NCBI GenBank assembly: GCA_977017645.1
Contig: OZ360227.1
Location: forward strand, 64,852,001 to 64,916,000
Reading direction: 5' to 3'
DNA from: Torpedo marmorata
Taxonomy: Eukaryota
DNA length: 64,000 bases
The translations under genes were made by a program, and so were the position numbers. Shown piece after piece: positions 37,201-50,234 of this stretch; position 1 is the first letter of the stretch, and every line of letters begins with the position of its first letter. A model generated the notes under the pieces. It searched no databases. It saw nothing but the letters and a program-made list of their open reading frames with translations, and was not told where the DNA came from.

Positions 37201-38966
37201 ACAAACTGGGTACATACAACAATCAAGGAAAACCAATACAATACCCACCACGCCACCCCTTGACTCAGTGCAGGCACACGGCTCTATGCTACTACTAGGA
37301 ACACTAATTAAACACTTTCAACCCTTTAACAGTGCACATCTTACCAACAACTTACCAACAATTTCTCCAGCGCCGTTCTACGGTTCTAGGCCTGGAGTGA
37401 AGCAGGGTGGTCTCAATGGCAAAGAGGGCAATTTGAGCACACGTGGCGCCCTTTATAGTGCTGGAGGGCTGGGGAGGGTCCAGCCCAGGTTGTTTACAGG
37501 GGACCAATGGCTCGGTGCCAGTAAGGTTAAACCAATTACAACAGCCAATGGCCCAAGGCCAAGTACAGGCGGGCTGGGGAGTCCAGCCCAGGTAATTTAC
37601 AGGGGGCCAATGGCTCAGTGCCATCAAGGTTAACCCAATTACAAAGGCCAATGGCCCAAGGCCAAGTACAAAGGAATTTAAATTGGCCAATGGCAAGGTG
37701 TGCACTAATGGGTGGGGTGGGGCGGGGCAGGGCGGGGCAGGGCAGGGCAGGGCAGGGTGGGGCGGGGTCAAACCTTGATTGGCAGTGCTGGGCAGTGCTG
37801 TCACGTGACAGCCACGACCCTTCACAATAGAGTGGTGTAATGGTACTTCCTCAGATTATAGTATATTACCCTTTTTAGTCACACACCAACACGCTTTTAA
37901 TTCACGTTTTAAAGATGATACATTTTCCAGTGAAACAAGAGAGTTTATAGTGAGCGTTGGAAACAGTGGCCCATTGAATTTCAAGGGAGTGTGGTGGAAA
38001 CAGGACCCCTGTGAATTTCAAGTGAGTGCAAGTAATAGGGCCGTGGTTTAGTTCCAAGGGTAACAGCCCAATTAGTCAAGGAAACATGTGAACGGGGTCC
38101 TCAAAGAGTTTGGAGGGAGTCCTGTAAAAGTCAATATGCCAATTAGCGGTTTGCGGAGTTTTATTGTAACTCTTGCGAACAGCAAGGGAACTGAAGTCAC
38201 ACAGGAGACTGCAGATGCTGTAATCTATATCGAAATACAATTTACTGGACGAACTCAGCGGGTCAAGCATCAGTGGGATAAAAATAATTGTCGACGTTTC
38301 GAGCTGAAACTCTATCAAGACTCAAGCCTTAACACCGAAAGATCTTGTACTCTTTCAATGGGTAAACTGATTATCAAGGAGCCTAGATTTAAAAAAGCCA
38401 AATGCAAAAAATTATTTGAAGCCTGCCCCTTGGCTTCACTCTTTCTTTGAAATTGGTTTTTAATTCGCTTTTTTATATTGTTTTCAGTTTCTTTTATTTC
38501 TGGAAATTCAATTATATGCACATTATTTTAAAAGTTATACTTTTAGCAAATTTTCCACCCTTTTAAATTGAAAAGTGTGCCAAAGATAGCGACACACAGC
38601 TCGATCCAGGGCGGTTGGGCGTCGGGAGTTAGATGGTGGGGGGGGGGGCGATGGACGGGGCTAGGTAGGGATCAGCGACAGCGAGGCCGAGGTGGTCCGG
38701 CGTCGGTCGGGAGTTAGATGATGGGCATGGGGCAGTTGGAGTTGCTTTGCAGTTTAACCCCGGGCACTGCCTTTTTGAGACAGACTGCGGTCTGCCATTA
38801 ATCTAATAGCCTTTTAAGAAAGAATAGTCACATCATGTATTCAGCCACGCTCTTGCCAAACTAAAGAAACATTTTATTTTATAAAATAGACGTAATTGAC
38901 GACAATTAGATTTACAAATATGTACAAATAAATGTGCTTCACAAAGCACGTGAAGAGCTGCACAAT

Positions 38967-39097
38967 CACAGAGGATCCCTGCCACACAGAGGATCCCTGC
39001 CACACAGAGGATCCCTGCCACACAGAGGATCCCTGCCACACAGAGGATCCCTGCCACACAGAGGATCCCTGCCACACAGAGGATCCCTGCCACACAG
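38967..39097 (+). repeat. Perfect 18-bp minisatellite (CACAGAGGATCCCTGCCA)x7
   Basis: Seven identical units plus a partial CACAG. Confidence 0.97.
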
Positions 39098-39882
39098 CTC
39101 TTTGTTTTATCTAGTGCTTGTTGATCTATTCATGGCTAGAATTAGCTTTACAATGAGACGAGTCGATAAACTTCGTGGGTCTCTTCATCGCCCGTTTACA
39201 AATTAGTTCAACTTGTCTGACAGACACTGGCTTGATTTCCATCAGAAAGCAAATTGTGACAGTGTCATTAAAGAACTTCTGTTGCCCATACCTCGAAGTT
39301 CTTTTGTCAGATGAAGATTCTTTGTTGGGCTCGGGACTCGGGAGTTCAATATTGGGCGGGCGAGGACAGTGGCGCCCCCCTTCAAGTGGCGCCCAGGGCA
39401 TGTGCCCTAGCTGCCATACCCTAGATACGCCTATGGGTTCATCTGTCAGTCTGGCAGAGAGATGCTACTTAATTGGTCAACAACCAAGAAGCAAATTTTG
39501 TTAGCCCAATGACAGTTTGGTCTGATGTGACACGGCTGATCAAACTTCATATGTAAGCTTGTGTTGACACTGCTTTGGAGATAGATTCAGTGCAGTACTG
39601 AGTCTGGTTTTCCATGTAGATTTTTCTAATGGGTCATGTGGATCTTAACAGCTCAGAAGTGGCAAAGATCTCTCCATGCCATACTTTAAATGATTTTAAT
39701 TGGTGGTGGAGTGCTTTATGGGCTTTACCATAGGCAGAAGCAAAAAGCAGCAGCTCATGAATAGGGTACACCCTCACTGACCTCTGTACCTCATTCTCCC
39801 AACTTCTTCCAGTCAACAAGTCTCTGCCATGAGTGTCTTGGTTTCTGGGCCTATACCTGGTTTTATCTTGTCCTTAAAGAAC

Positions 39883-39998
39883 AATTAGATTGTGTTTTCC
39901 TGTTGTGTCCTAGTGCGTGAATTATCATGCCATGATGCTTAATTAGATTGTGTTTTCCTGTTGTGTCCTAGTGCGTGAATTATCATGCCATGATGCTT
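39883..39998 (+). repeat. Perfect 58-bp tandem duplication
   Basis: 39883-39940 is identical to 39941-39998; AATT at the junctions. Confidence 0.95.
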
Positions 39999-40135
39999 AA
40001 TTTGCTTAGTCCTGCCCAGAATGCTTGTCAGGTTTTCAGTGGGTTACAATCCAAATCAGCTGTTGTTGTCATGGTCTTGTAATGTTGTGGTCTCCATCTG
40101 AAAGTCCTTTTGTTTTCATTAATCTTTCTATTTAG

Positions 40136-40204
40136 AAGTGCCTAATTGCCAATCTTCATATCTGACGGGAGGAAGTTATTACACTGCTCCTAACAACCAA
40201 GAGG
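40136..40204 (+). CDS. ETV5: ETV5 coding exon 8 (EVPNCQSSYLTGGSYYTAPNNQEG)
   Basis: TTTAG acceptor, G|GTAAGT donor, EVPNCQSSY motif. Confidence 0.92.
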
Positions 40205-41439
40205 GTAAGTTTCATTGACCTCTCCACCAATGCTGTTTACTATAATAAAAACAAACTGGAAATTCTCGGTGGGTCAGGCAAGATCAATGAAGGGAGAAGC
40301 AAAGTTAACAATTTGGGTTGATATCCTATCGGGTTCTGATCAAACTGAAAAATTGTTTCCATCTCCAGTTTCTGCCTGATTTGTTGATGGTTTTTGGCAT
40401 GTTCTGTTTTCACCCAACATCTGCTGTTACTTGCTTTTGCATGTTTGTCTATTGTAATAATGTGCACTGAGAGATGTGGATCCACAGTGGATACAATGTT
40501 ATAACCACCAGAGTAATCCAGTAGTGAATTTGACCCAAGGGTTGAAATAGAGGACGGTATTATAGAAGTCAATGTTTTGATTCTGCAAAGGATGAACAAA
40601 CTGCAGGTAATTAAGACTATTGGTTGAGATAGAGCATGAATCCTGCACATAGATCAGATGTTTTCATCAGGAGGAAGAGCACCAAAGTGTTTTGTTCATG
40701 TACACTGCAGAGTGCTAGCTGGTTGCTTGCACCTGTGGAACCACCTCAGCAGAGATGGGTAACAAAGCCATTTGGGCAATCAGTCTTCAAAAAAAAAATG
40801 TAGCCCAGCACCAATTTAAAAATGGCACAGTTTGATGTACTCCTCAGAACAACTCTGTTTCCACTTCCTCTCACTTTGCCAAGCAGCCGACATGAATCCT
40901 GTTCATGGGGATTTTGGGGCTGAAGTTACAACAGAAAAGAATGACGAACTCTCAGCAGGTTCCTAGCTGTAAACTTTTCCACCTGATCCTTTACAAAAGA
41001 AATGAAAGTGTAGGTCTGAATTTTCAGGAGGGTTGCATAAATGCTTCTTGAAAACGGTGTTTACTGGTATGGAAAATTGTTTCTTCCATTTGATTTGTTC
41101 ACATATGTACTTATCAGATTGAAACGTGCAGGTGTAAAAATAAAATTAATTTGGAACGCTGAGGTTTAACGGATCTGTTAACATTATGATTTACAGAGGT
41201 CTCGGGCAGCTGCTGGTGTGCTGCTTGTTCCTGTTTCTTGTTGTACGTTCTCTGTCAAGCAGTGTTATCTGCTGTGGCTACTGCATCTGTTGCAAATTTA
41301 CCTCAGCCTTCTGATGAGGTATTGCTTGGTAACATATTTGGAAAAATGCAAGATTGCTCAAAACCTCAACATAAAATTCAGGCCATCTAACTCGGTGTAT
41401 GTGCTTTTTTTTATATAAATTTGCACAGATGCATGACAT

Positions 41440-42280
41440 AGAAGAAAGCCATTTGGCCATTGAGTCTATGCTGGCTATTAAAGCATTCCCAATAATCCCA
41501 TTCCCCCACTTATTTTCCTGTAACCTATTCTCCTTCACATGCCTATTAACCACACCCTGATTCTCCTTCACCCACCTACATGGGTGTGGGGTGGCAATTT
41601 GCAGTGACAAAATAATGCATCAACTGGTACACTTTTGAGATGTACAAGGGAATCTGAGTACCCAGAGGAAACACGTCTCGGGGAGGGCATACAAATTCCA
41701 CACAGATAGCACTGGAAGTCAGGATTGAAGCCAGATCACTGTCAAAAGCACGAGCTGCTGCACCACTGTGTCACTTAAGCACGAGCAAACTACCAGCTTT
41801 CCCAGATAATCACACACTCCCATTGGCACAGTAGCACAGCAGGAAGCACTGCTTTGTTCACCTGGACTTTGTTCAATCCGGACTTCTGGTGCTACGTGTG
41901 TGATGTTTGTATTTTCTCCCTGTGACTACAGGACTTTCCCCTGGATCGCCCACATCCCAAAGATGTGCAGATTGGTTACTGTATATTACTCCTTGTAAGA
42001 GAATCAGGGAAGAGTTAAGGGGCAGGTGTAAAGGACAGATTAAAGGGAAACAAGAGCTTGAAGATCTTGGAGACAGCATAGATTCAGTCAGCCGAACAGA
42101 CTCCTCTATATCATAAGGGAATAGAATCAAGAGTTTTATAGCACAGAAATAGGCCCTATGGCGCAACTTTTCCATCCCAACCAAGTTGTCCACCAAGTTA
42201 GTTCCATGTGCCTGCATTTGGCCCATATCCCTATAAACCTTTCTTATCCATGTTTTTGTCTAAATATCTTTTTAACATTA
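41440..42280. mobile_element. Cluster of degenerate V-SINEs (one per strand) and a CR1 3' tail
   Basis: SINE-like blocks at ~41560-41770 (-) and ~41820-42120 (+); TTTGGCCCATATCCCT CR1 tail motif at ~42220 also seen at 6917. Confidence 0.6.
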
Positions 42281-43129
42281 CAAACTCCTTCAACTCTAAG
42301 GCCAGAACATACATTCTATAAAATTTTAACATGAGGAAAATTGTTCACTAGAACTTCCATGGCTTTTTAACCCCTCTATTTTCCATGCTCTTGGGAGGTA
42401 AAATCACAAATCAATAAGCTCTTCGATCTGGGAGCAATAAGATTGCTGCAAGGGTTTTAAGTTATCCCTCTGGTTACGAAGTGTAGGTCAATGTAAATGC
42501 TCTGCAATAATGTGACAATGTTACTGGGATTTATCTTGAGGCTATCCGATTTAGAATGCTAAGCAACACTGAAGGTTTATCCAAGGATATATTGTAAAAT
42601 ATAATCAGAAAAAGTTAAAGCACCAACGAGGGGGACATTTTATTCCATTGCACAATCTCAAAAAATAGTCCCACTATTTCCTTTTGTATTCAATATTCAT
42701 CAAAATAATCTTACGCCTTAAATTCACAGTACCTTTTTAATGGGCTTTTAATTATGCCAGAAGCTCTGTTTATTTCTGCACGTAGAAATTTTATTCTTTC
42801 ACTCTGAAATCTTTAAAAATCTTATTTACATTATGTAACCTTTTTAAAAAAAATTCCACTTCTTTGCACTTATCTGCATTTTACTTTAATCAAAGTAGGC
42901 TCTAAATTTGTCATATTGTCAAGTATTCTGGTGAAGACTTCTTATGAAGTGTTACTCCCATTCACCCTATCTCGAGATCTCGAGAATATTTGGAACAATA
43001 AGATTTCTGCCATGTCAGTATTTGCTTTATAAAAGGAAACCTATTTAACTTTGATTCTTATAGGCAAGCTACTCATCTATCTCCAACTGATTAAACAATT
43101 TAAAATGTGCATCTTTATCCTTTTCCCAG

Positions 43130-43198
43130 GTTTCCCTTATGAGAAGGATCCCCGAATGTACTATGATGATACATGTGTGGTACCAGATAGAATTGACA
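43130..43198 (+). CDS. ETV5: ETV5 coding exon 9 (FPYEKDPRMYYDDTCVVPDRID)
   Basis: TTTTCCCAG acceptor, A|GTAAGT donor, DDTCVVP motif. Confidence 0.94.
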
Positions 43199-44279
43199 GT
43201 AAGTTTTAAAATATTTAACATTTTTAAAATCTGGTTAACATTGATTGCAAAGACATTTTGTAGTCCTTCAGTGTGGAACTGAAACAAGGTATCAGTTTTG
43301 ACTTTGGTCACCAAGTTACTTGATCTCGACTGGGAGATTTGTAGGATGTTTACAATTGTGGTGCAGAGGGACATTAGTCAAGGTCCTGCTTCTTAGCACC
43401 ATACAATTATGTATGCTGGATAGTCCTCCTGGTTGTCAAGAACCAGATTTTCTAGGTGGGGGGGGGAGGGGGCAGCTGTACACAACTATTCCACTAATCA
43501 TTTTGCCTTTATAGATGCATGCAAAATGACCATTTGTGGTATTACTCAATGGCAGGTTATCCACAGGGACTGCAGACTGCAGCAAGACCCATGTCTTTAC
43601 TGGAAGGGAAATATGAGTGGAATCTTTTAAGATGCAATCTATTCTATTTAGAGGCCCTCTGCTAATCACTATCTAAGATGCACTTTTAACGTTAATGTGT
43701 TCATTACCAAGACCTGAAGTGTTCTCAATGATATAATCACTGTCAGATTGAGACAAGTCATTTTGGTTGATGACTCACTTTCAGGCACATAATATTGATG
43801 CAGCAATTATGTAAACATTATAGTTGTTTCATGTCAAACCAAAAATATACAATAGAAGAATCAGAATCCTTGTATTCTCTCCCATCATTGTGCCACAAGA
43901 TCAGTGCCCTGTTAGTGTATATTTTTGTTGAAAGGGATAAAATGGAGTAATTCATAGCTGCTTGTCTAGTGCGCCAGTGATTGAGATTGAGCCAGTCATG
44001 TTCAATATTAGGGCCTCTCTAATGTTTTTTTCAAGTGACTAGTTCTCCTCAATGGGATTTTTGTTTGCTTTTGAAGGAGCTGCACATGTGGAAAAAGTAA
44101 AATCTCTACACACATCCTTTGCCAATATACAAAGTTCTAACCTCTCTGCAGATTTAGCCATAAGATTTTATTTTATTTAGAAAGTGGTTAGATTCTGTGA
44201 CTAGCCATTTTGTTAAGATGGGAAACGATTCAAGAAAACGACAACCAGCTTTTCATTTTTGGTTTTGATTGTTTAATAG

Positions 44280-44449
44280 ATAAAGTCAAACAAGAATCCC
44301 CAGTATACAGAGAAAGTCTGCCCTACCAACGTCGCGGTTCTTTACAGCTGTGGCAGTTCCTAGTAACTCTGTTGGATGATCCGTCGAATTCCCACTTCAT
44401 CGCGTGGACAGGCAGAGGCATGGAATTCAAGCTGATTGAACCTGAGGAG
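44280..44449 (+). CDS. ETV5: ETV5 coding exon 10 (start of ETS domain)
   Basis: KVKQE...YQRRGSLQLWQFLVTLLDDP...FIAWTGRGMEFKLIEPEE; TAG acceptor, GAG|GTGTGT donor. Confidence 0.96.
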
Positions 44450-45827
44450 GTGTGTGCTCCACATTTAACCTGTCAGTGTTGGTGAGCTCTGTATGTTGCA
44501 TCTCCGCTTCTGGCTTCTTGTATGTCCTGGATTTTCACAGCTCCACTGACGGCAGCCTTGCCTTCAGTTGCTTAGGGCCTATGCACTGGAATTCTATCTC
44601 CGAGCCTCTGCAACTCTAACCTTTATCCTAGCAGAGATTCGTTAAAATTTACTCCTTTGACCAAAATGATGGTGACTTTGATTTGTTGGCTTTTGGTTTT
44701 GTTTCTGTGAAGCTCTTTGAGGTGTAATCACACAGAAAAGGGGCACCATGTAAATACAAGTTCTCTCCTCAGACTTTTCCTTGCTTAAATTTAACTCTGT
44801 GCAAGCAGACCATGCCACAAAATATTTTGCATTGTTAAGATTTATTTTTGTGCTTGAGGAATGTTGCAGCACAGTGAAGCTGCAGTAAATTTAATTGATT
44901 CACCGCTTCAAACACCCATGTTCATTCCTGACTTTGGGAGCTTTCTGTGTGGACTTTGCATGTTCTTCTTATGACCACATCAGGCTGCTCCTGTTTTCTC
45001 CCACATTCCGAAGACTTGTTGGTTGGAAGCTTCATTGGCCACTACACCCCTAGTGTAGGTGGGAGGTGGGAAAATCAGGGGGCATTGGGAGTATATGTGA
45101 TTAGGTTAGGGGGATATGAATGGGGGAATGTGATGAGTGTTGCTGTGAGAACTGGCAAAGACTTGATGGGCCAGGTAGCTTTCTATGACATAAATATGAC
45201 ATCAGATATGAATGCAAGAAGAAAGCAACTTGATTTTTTTGGATAATTCATCTGATTTTCATGTTTCATCAGAATTATTTGGATAAAATAATCTGTATGG
45301 AACCTTTATCCTCTGCTAGTTTTTTAACTATTGTATATCATGTTGCTGAATCCAGCAAGACAAAGTAACTATTCGAGGAATGTCGGCTATTTTTAACAGT
45401 GTACTTCCTTTACATAACCTTGAATAAGCCCTGACGCTCCATTATAACTCACAGTAAAAAAAAAAACAAAACAGGAATTGGCCCATATTGATTACTGGTT
45501 TACCCAGAAATGGTATTCTGTACCTGGGAATCAGATTCTGTGGTGTTCTAGAACATATTCCTGGAAATCAGACAAAATATGCACTGTAGTCCTGTTTCCA
45601 AGGAGATGGGCCTGTTTTCTTGTTTTTACATATTAGCATTTCTGTTGCCCCTGGGCTTTTAATAAAACCATTTATCTGTACTGATGGGGAGTGGAAACAA
45701 TTTATGAATGAGGATCTGTGACCACGCCCTGTCATTAAAGACTTGGCTTTATTAAAAGCTTGGGGCACTGCAGAAATTGTGAATGAAGCAGAAACAAGGA
45801 GCAGTCACATCTCTCCAGTGACTTCTT

Positions 45828-46133
45828 TCTTTTTAAAATATTTTTATTGATTTTAATAAATAACATACAGAAAAAGGTATAAACCAATAAAATGATATGA
45901 ACCGTTACACAGAATAAATTATCCATTCCGTATATCATAACATATCTAAATTGTAAATCAAAATTATAACTAAAACTATAATTCTTTTCTTAATAAAATA
46001 TCATAAAATCATAAATCTTATCTAAGGTCTTACGGTTATGGTTAGGGTTAACAATTAAACATTTCACTAATATAATATTCCAGTTATATTAAGAATTATC
46101 CTCAAATTGTGAACAGAATTAAAAACTCCAAAC
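45828..46133 (-). mobile_element. Probable L1-type 3' UTR fragment of a third family
   Basis: AT-rich insert between 15-bp repeats CTCCAGT(G/A)ACTTCTT at 45813-45827 and 46134-46148; minus strand ends AATAAAAATATTTTAAAAA. Confidence 0.6.
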
Positions 46134-46548
46134 CTCCAGTAACTTCTTCCAAATGTTTTCTGCTTGGAGCTGCTGTCTGTATTTTTACATTTGCGTAGGT
46201 GGCCTATGTGATGGCATCAGCCATCTGAATTTGCTGAATTGTTTTGTGCAGCAGCTCAGTTCTGAATGGTTGTGGAATCCACAGATAATTTCAAAAGTGA
46301 GATAACCAGAATGATCTTGTCCCATCCAGAAAATATTTCCTCCTAATTGTATTTTATGGCACACGTGCACATGTTGCTCAATGTTTGCTAAAGTATTGGA
46401 ATAAAGTAGGAAAGGTTTTGCTGAAACCACTGGACATTTTTCTGACTTGTACAAACAGTTGAAAACAGAATGGGATTACTGGAAAATGGTGCAGCTGATA
46501 ACACATCCAGATCTGAGTGAACTTGGCAATCAACAGTACAGACCTTTT

Positions 46549-49538
46549 TAAACAAAGATACTATGAATTAGGGGAAAGAGCTCATAAAGTTTTGGCATGG
46601 CAATTAAAAAAACATCAAACTTCTAGAACTATAAATGCTATAAGGAAAAAGAACTCTAGAGAAATAACTTATAAACCTCGAGAAATAAATGATTCTTTTA
46701 AAGATTATTATTTGAATTTATATAAATCTCAGATTGATCAAGACGATTCTAAAATTACTAGATGTCTATCTAAAATTATATTACCTAAATTGAATACTCA
46801 AAGTAGAGAATCTTTAGATTTACCTTTCTCAATGAGGGAAGTTAATGAAGTTCTTACTTCGCTAAAGAGTGGTAAATCTCCAGGTGAAGATGGATTTCCA
46901 TCAGAATTTTACAAAGAGTTTAAAGATTTATTAATACCTCCATATATGGAAGTATTGAATCAAATTACGGAAACTCATTCATTACCGGATACTTTTTTAA
47001 ATGCAATAATTACAGTTATACCAAAGAAAGATAGAGACGTATTGAAAACTGAATCTTATAGACCTATTTCATTATTAAATGTAAATTATAAGATAATGGC
47101 AAAAATTTTAGCAAATAGAATGGCTAATTATTTACCAGATTTAATCCATGTAGATCAAGCTGGTTTTATTAAAAATAGATATTCAAAAGATAATATAGCT
47201 AGATTGATTAGCTTAATTAATTTACATAAAAAGAAGGAAGATTTACCATTAGTTTTAACTTTAGACGCTGAAAAGGCTTTTGATAGATTAGAGTGGAATT
47301 TTTTATTTAAGGTATTGGAGAAATTTGGTTTTGGAAATATATTTATTAATTGGATTAAAACTATATATAAAGAACCATCTGCTAAAGTAGTTACAAATGG
47401 ACAAATTTCTTCAAAATTTCCTTTGACTCGATCTACTAGACAAGGATGTCCTTTGTCACCAGCATTATTTATTTTGGCGATAGAACCTTTGGCAGAATTA
47501 GTTAGAAAAGATCCTAAAATAGTTGGTATTAAAGTTGGAATGGAAGAACATAAAATTAGTTTATTTGCAGATGATGTATTGATATATATGACAAAATCTA
47601 TTACATCCTTAGTACAATTGTCTGTGTTATTGAGAGAATATGGGGAAATATCTGGATATAAAATTAATTCTGATAAAAGTAAAATTCTGGCATTATCACA
47701 AGGGGATTATAGTAGATGTAAAGAAATTACACAATTTAAATGGGCAAAGGAAGGAATTAAATATTTGGGAATAAGGGTTGATACAAAATTGGCTAATTTA
47801 TACAAATTAAATTATCTACAATTATTTGTGAAAATAAAGAAAGATTTAGAAAATTGGAAAGATTTACCTATAACTTTAATGGGAAGAGTAAATTGTATTA
47901 AAATGAATGTGTTTCCAAGAATTCAATATCTTTTTCAATCAATTCCTTATGGAATTCCTCAAAAATGTTTTAAAGAGTTAAATTCAATTATTAAAAATTT
48001 TTTATGGAAAGGAAAGTTAGCAAGAGTAGGTATGGAAAAATTAACTTGGAATTATGAAATTGGTGGTTTACAACTTCCTAATTTCCAAAATTATTATAAA
48101 GCAGCTCAACTAAAATTTGTTAATGAATTTTTTGATTCAACTAAATCTTCTGCTTGGATTAAAATAGAATTAAATAATATAGGAGAAGATTCCAAAGAAG
48201 AAATTATTTATAAATGGGATTCTAAATTAATATCAACAAGAAAGAAAAATTTGCCTATTTTTAAACATTTGTTAGAAATATGGAATAAGACGGATAAGGA
48301 AATAGGAGGAAAAGGATTGATTTCTTCAAGGATGCCTTTATTTCAAAATGGACTTATTCCATTTACTATTAATAATCAATTATTTAAAATTTGGTTTCAA
48401 AAAGGAATTAAGAAGATTAATGATTGTTTTGAAGCTGGGAAGTTTATTACTTTTCAAAGAATGAAAGATAAATTTAATATATTAGATAATACACTTTTTG
48501 CTTATTATCAAATTAGAGCTTTTCTGATTGAGAAATTAGGTTATGCTTTGATTTTACCAAGACAAAATGAATTAGAATTATTAGTTACTAATGGAGATGT
48601 TAATAAATTTATTTCTCAAATGTATAAATTGTTTCAGAGGAAAATGCCTAAAGTAGGATTGCATAAATCAAGATTAAAATGGGAATTAGATTTGAATGTA
48701 AGAATAGATGAAAATCATTGGAAAGAATTATGTAAATTAAGTATGACGAAGATTATTAATGTTAGATATAGATTAGTACAATACAATTTTTTTCATCAAT
48801 TATATTTAACACCTAAAAAATTAAAGAAATTTAATCCGACACTATCAGGTTTATGTTTTAGATGTAATAAAGAGGAAGGGTCTTTTGTACATTCTACATG
48901 GTTTTGTCCAAAAGTTTATGATTTTTGGTTGAAAGTTAAAAATTTCTTAGATAAAGTATTTAAGATTACATTTCCAATGGATCCTATGATATTTTTGTTT
49001 GGAGATATTAGAAAATTTAGTATTAAGATGAAATTAAATATGTATCAAATAGAATTTTTACGAATTGCTTTAGCTGTTTCAAAGAAATGCATTGCTATTA
49101 CTTGGAAATCTGATTTAGATTTAGGATTAGAAAGATGGCATGCAGAACTTCGTTCGTGTATAACACTTGAAAAAATTACTTATAATTTACGTAATAAATA
49201 TCATTTCTTCTTAAAAATTTGGAGCCCATATATGAAAGCTGTTGGTTTAAGGATTTGAAGATCTCTGGATATCGGATCTACTGGCATACTTGACCTCCAT
49301 AATAGAATTAGTTTATAGATTGGCATTCCCCTTACTCTATCTTTTTCTTTCTTTTTCTTCTTCTTTTTCTATTTTTATTTTCTATTTTTATTTTTTATTA
49401 GATTAGTGGGGTTGGGAGGGTTGGGGAGGGGAGGGAGGGAGGGGGGGTGAAAAAGAAATCACAAATAATTTGATAATTATATATTCTATTTTATGTATTT
49501 TGTGATTTAAAAATTTTAAATAAAATATTTTTTTAAAA
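46549..49538 (+). mobile_element. 5'-truncated L1 in the ETV5 intron after coding exon 10, sense orientation, ORF2 remainder uninterrupted
   Basis: 17-bp TSD AACAGTACAGACCTTTT at 46532-46548 and 49539-49555; open frame to 49258 with RT (LFADD) and CCHC; endonuclease and ORF1 absent. Confidence 0.96.
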
Positions 49539-50234
49539 AACAGTACAGACCTTTTGAACAGAGACTGATGCAAATCAATTGTTATACTTAACATGTTATA
49601 CTCCACAGTCATGTGTTATTCTTAATTAATTCTTGTTCTTTACGTGAACCACTATTGTATTCAGATCTGGGCAAGAATATCAGAACTTTTCTTTTGTGAG
49701 CCCTATAAATATTTAAATGTAAAGCTACCATTAAAATTAATAAACAGTTATTTGTTAGCACTGGCACATCTTGATGTGCTGATTTCAGAAACAGTAACCA
49801 CGGAGACAGTCGCAGGAAGAACAGCCTTTTCCAAACCTTTAGTCTCGCAGCATCCAAACAGAATAGAACAGCTGAAAAGAAATGTAAACATAGCACAAAT
49901 GGAGGAGGGAGTTCACAGGTAGAATTAAAACTTTCCGGATACAATCCTTGGGATACTTATTCTCCCTTTCATTAACAGAGAGTGACACATGGTTGTAACT
50001 GCCTTCAAAGTAAATTATATAGTTCAGTATATCTGACCACACTTCTTTTATTCAATGATTAGATGATACAGTTTTCTTTAAATGTGAGTACAAGACATTA
50101 TGGAGACACAAGAGACTAGATGCTGGAATCTGTAACAAGGAAGATCATGTGACTTTACCCAATCACAGGACAACATTAGACTGTAAGGCTTCACTGCATC
50201 ACTAAAAGCAGGAAAGAGTTTTAAGAGGCTATTT

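Larger units (their letters stand above)
36463..39435. mobile_element. Non-autonomous hAT DNA transposon (2973 bp) with repeat-rich cargo
   Basis: Perfect 8-bp TSD GGTTCATC at 36455-36462 and 39436-39443; TIRs CAGTGGCGTATCTAGG / CATAGGCGTATCTAGG (14/16); no transposase ORF seen. Confidence 0.9.

Noticed and set aside
38088-38450. 120-aa ORF as a cargo protein or transposase remnant
   Set aside because: Its middle is the reverse strand of a Penelope terminal repeat; no recognisable domain.
36880-39097. Tandem arrays as CRISPR-like repeats
   Set aside because: Eukaryotic context, no unique spacers (inter-core sequences are homologous or absent) and no cas genes.
46517-49258. 913-aa ORF as a standalone gene or in-frame ETV5-L1 fusion exon
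   Set aside because: The start is a GTG in flanking DNA; the ORF is a truncated L1 ORF2. The nearby AGs (46535-36, 46540-41) lack a pyrimidine tract and are out of phase with the phase-0 donor of coding exon 10.
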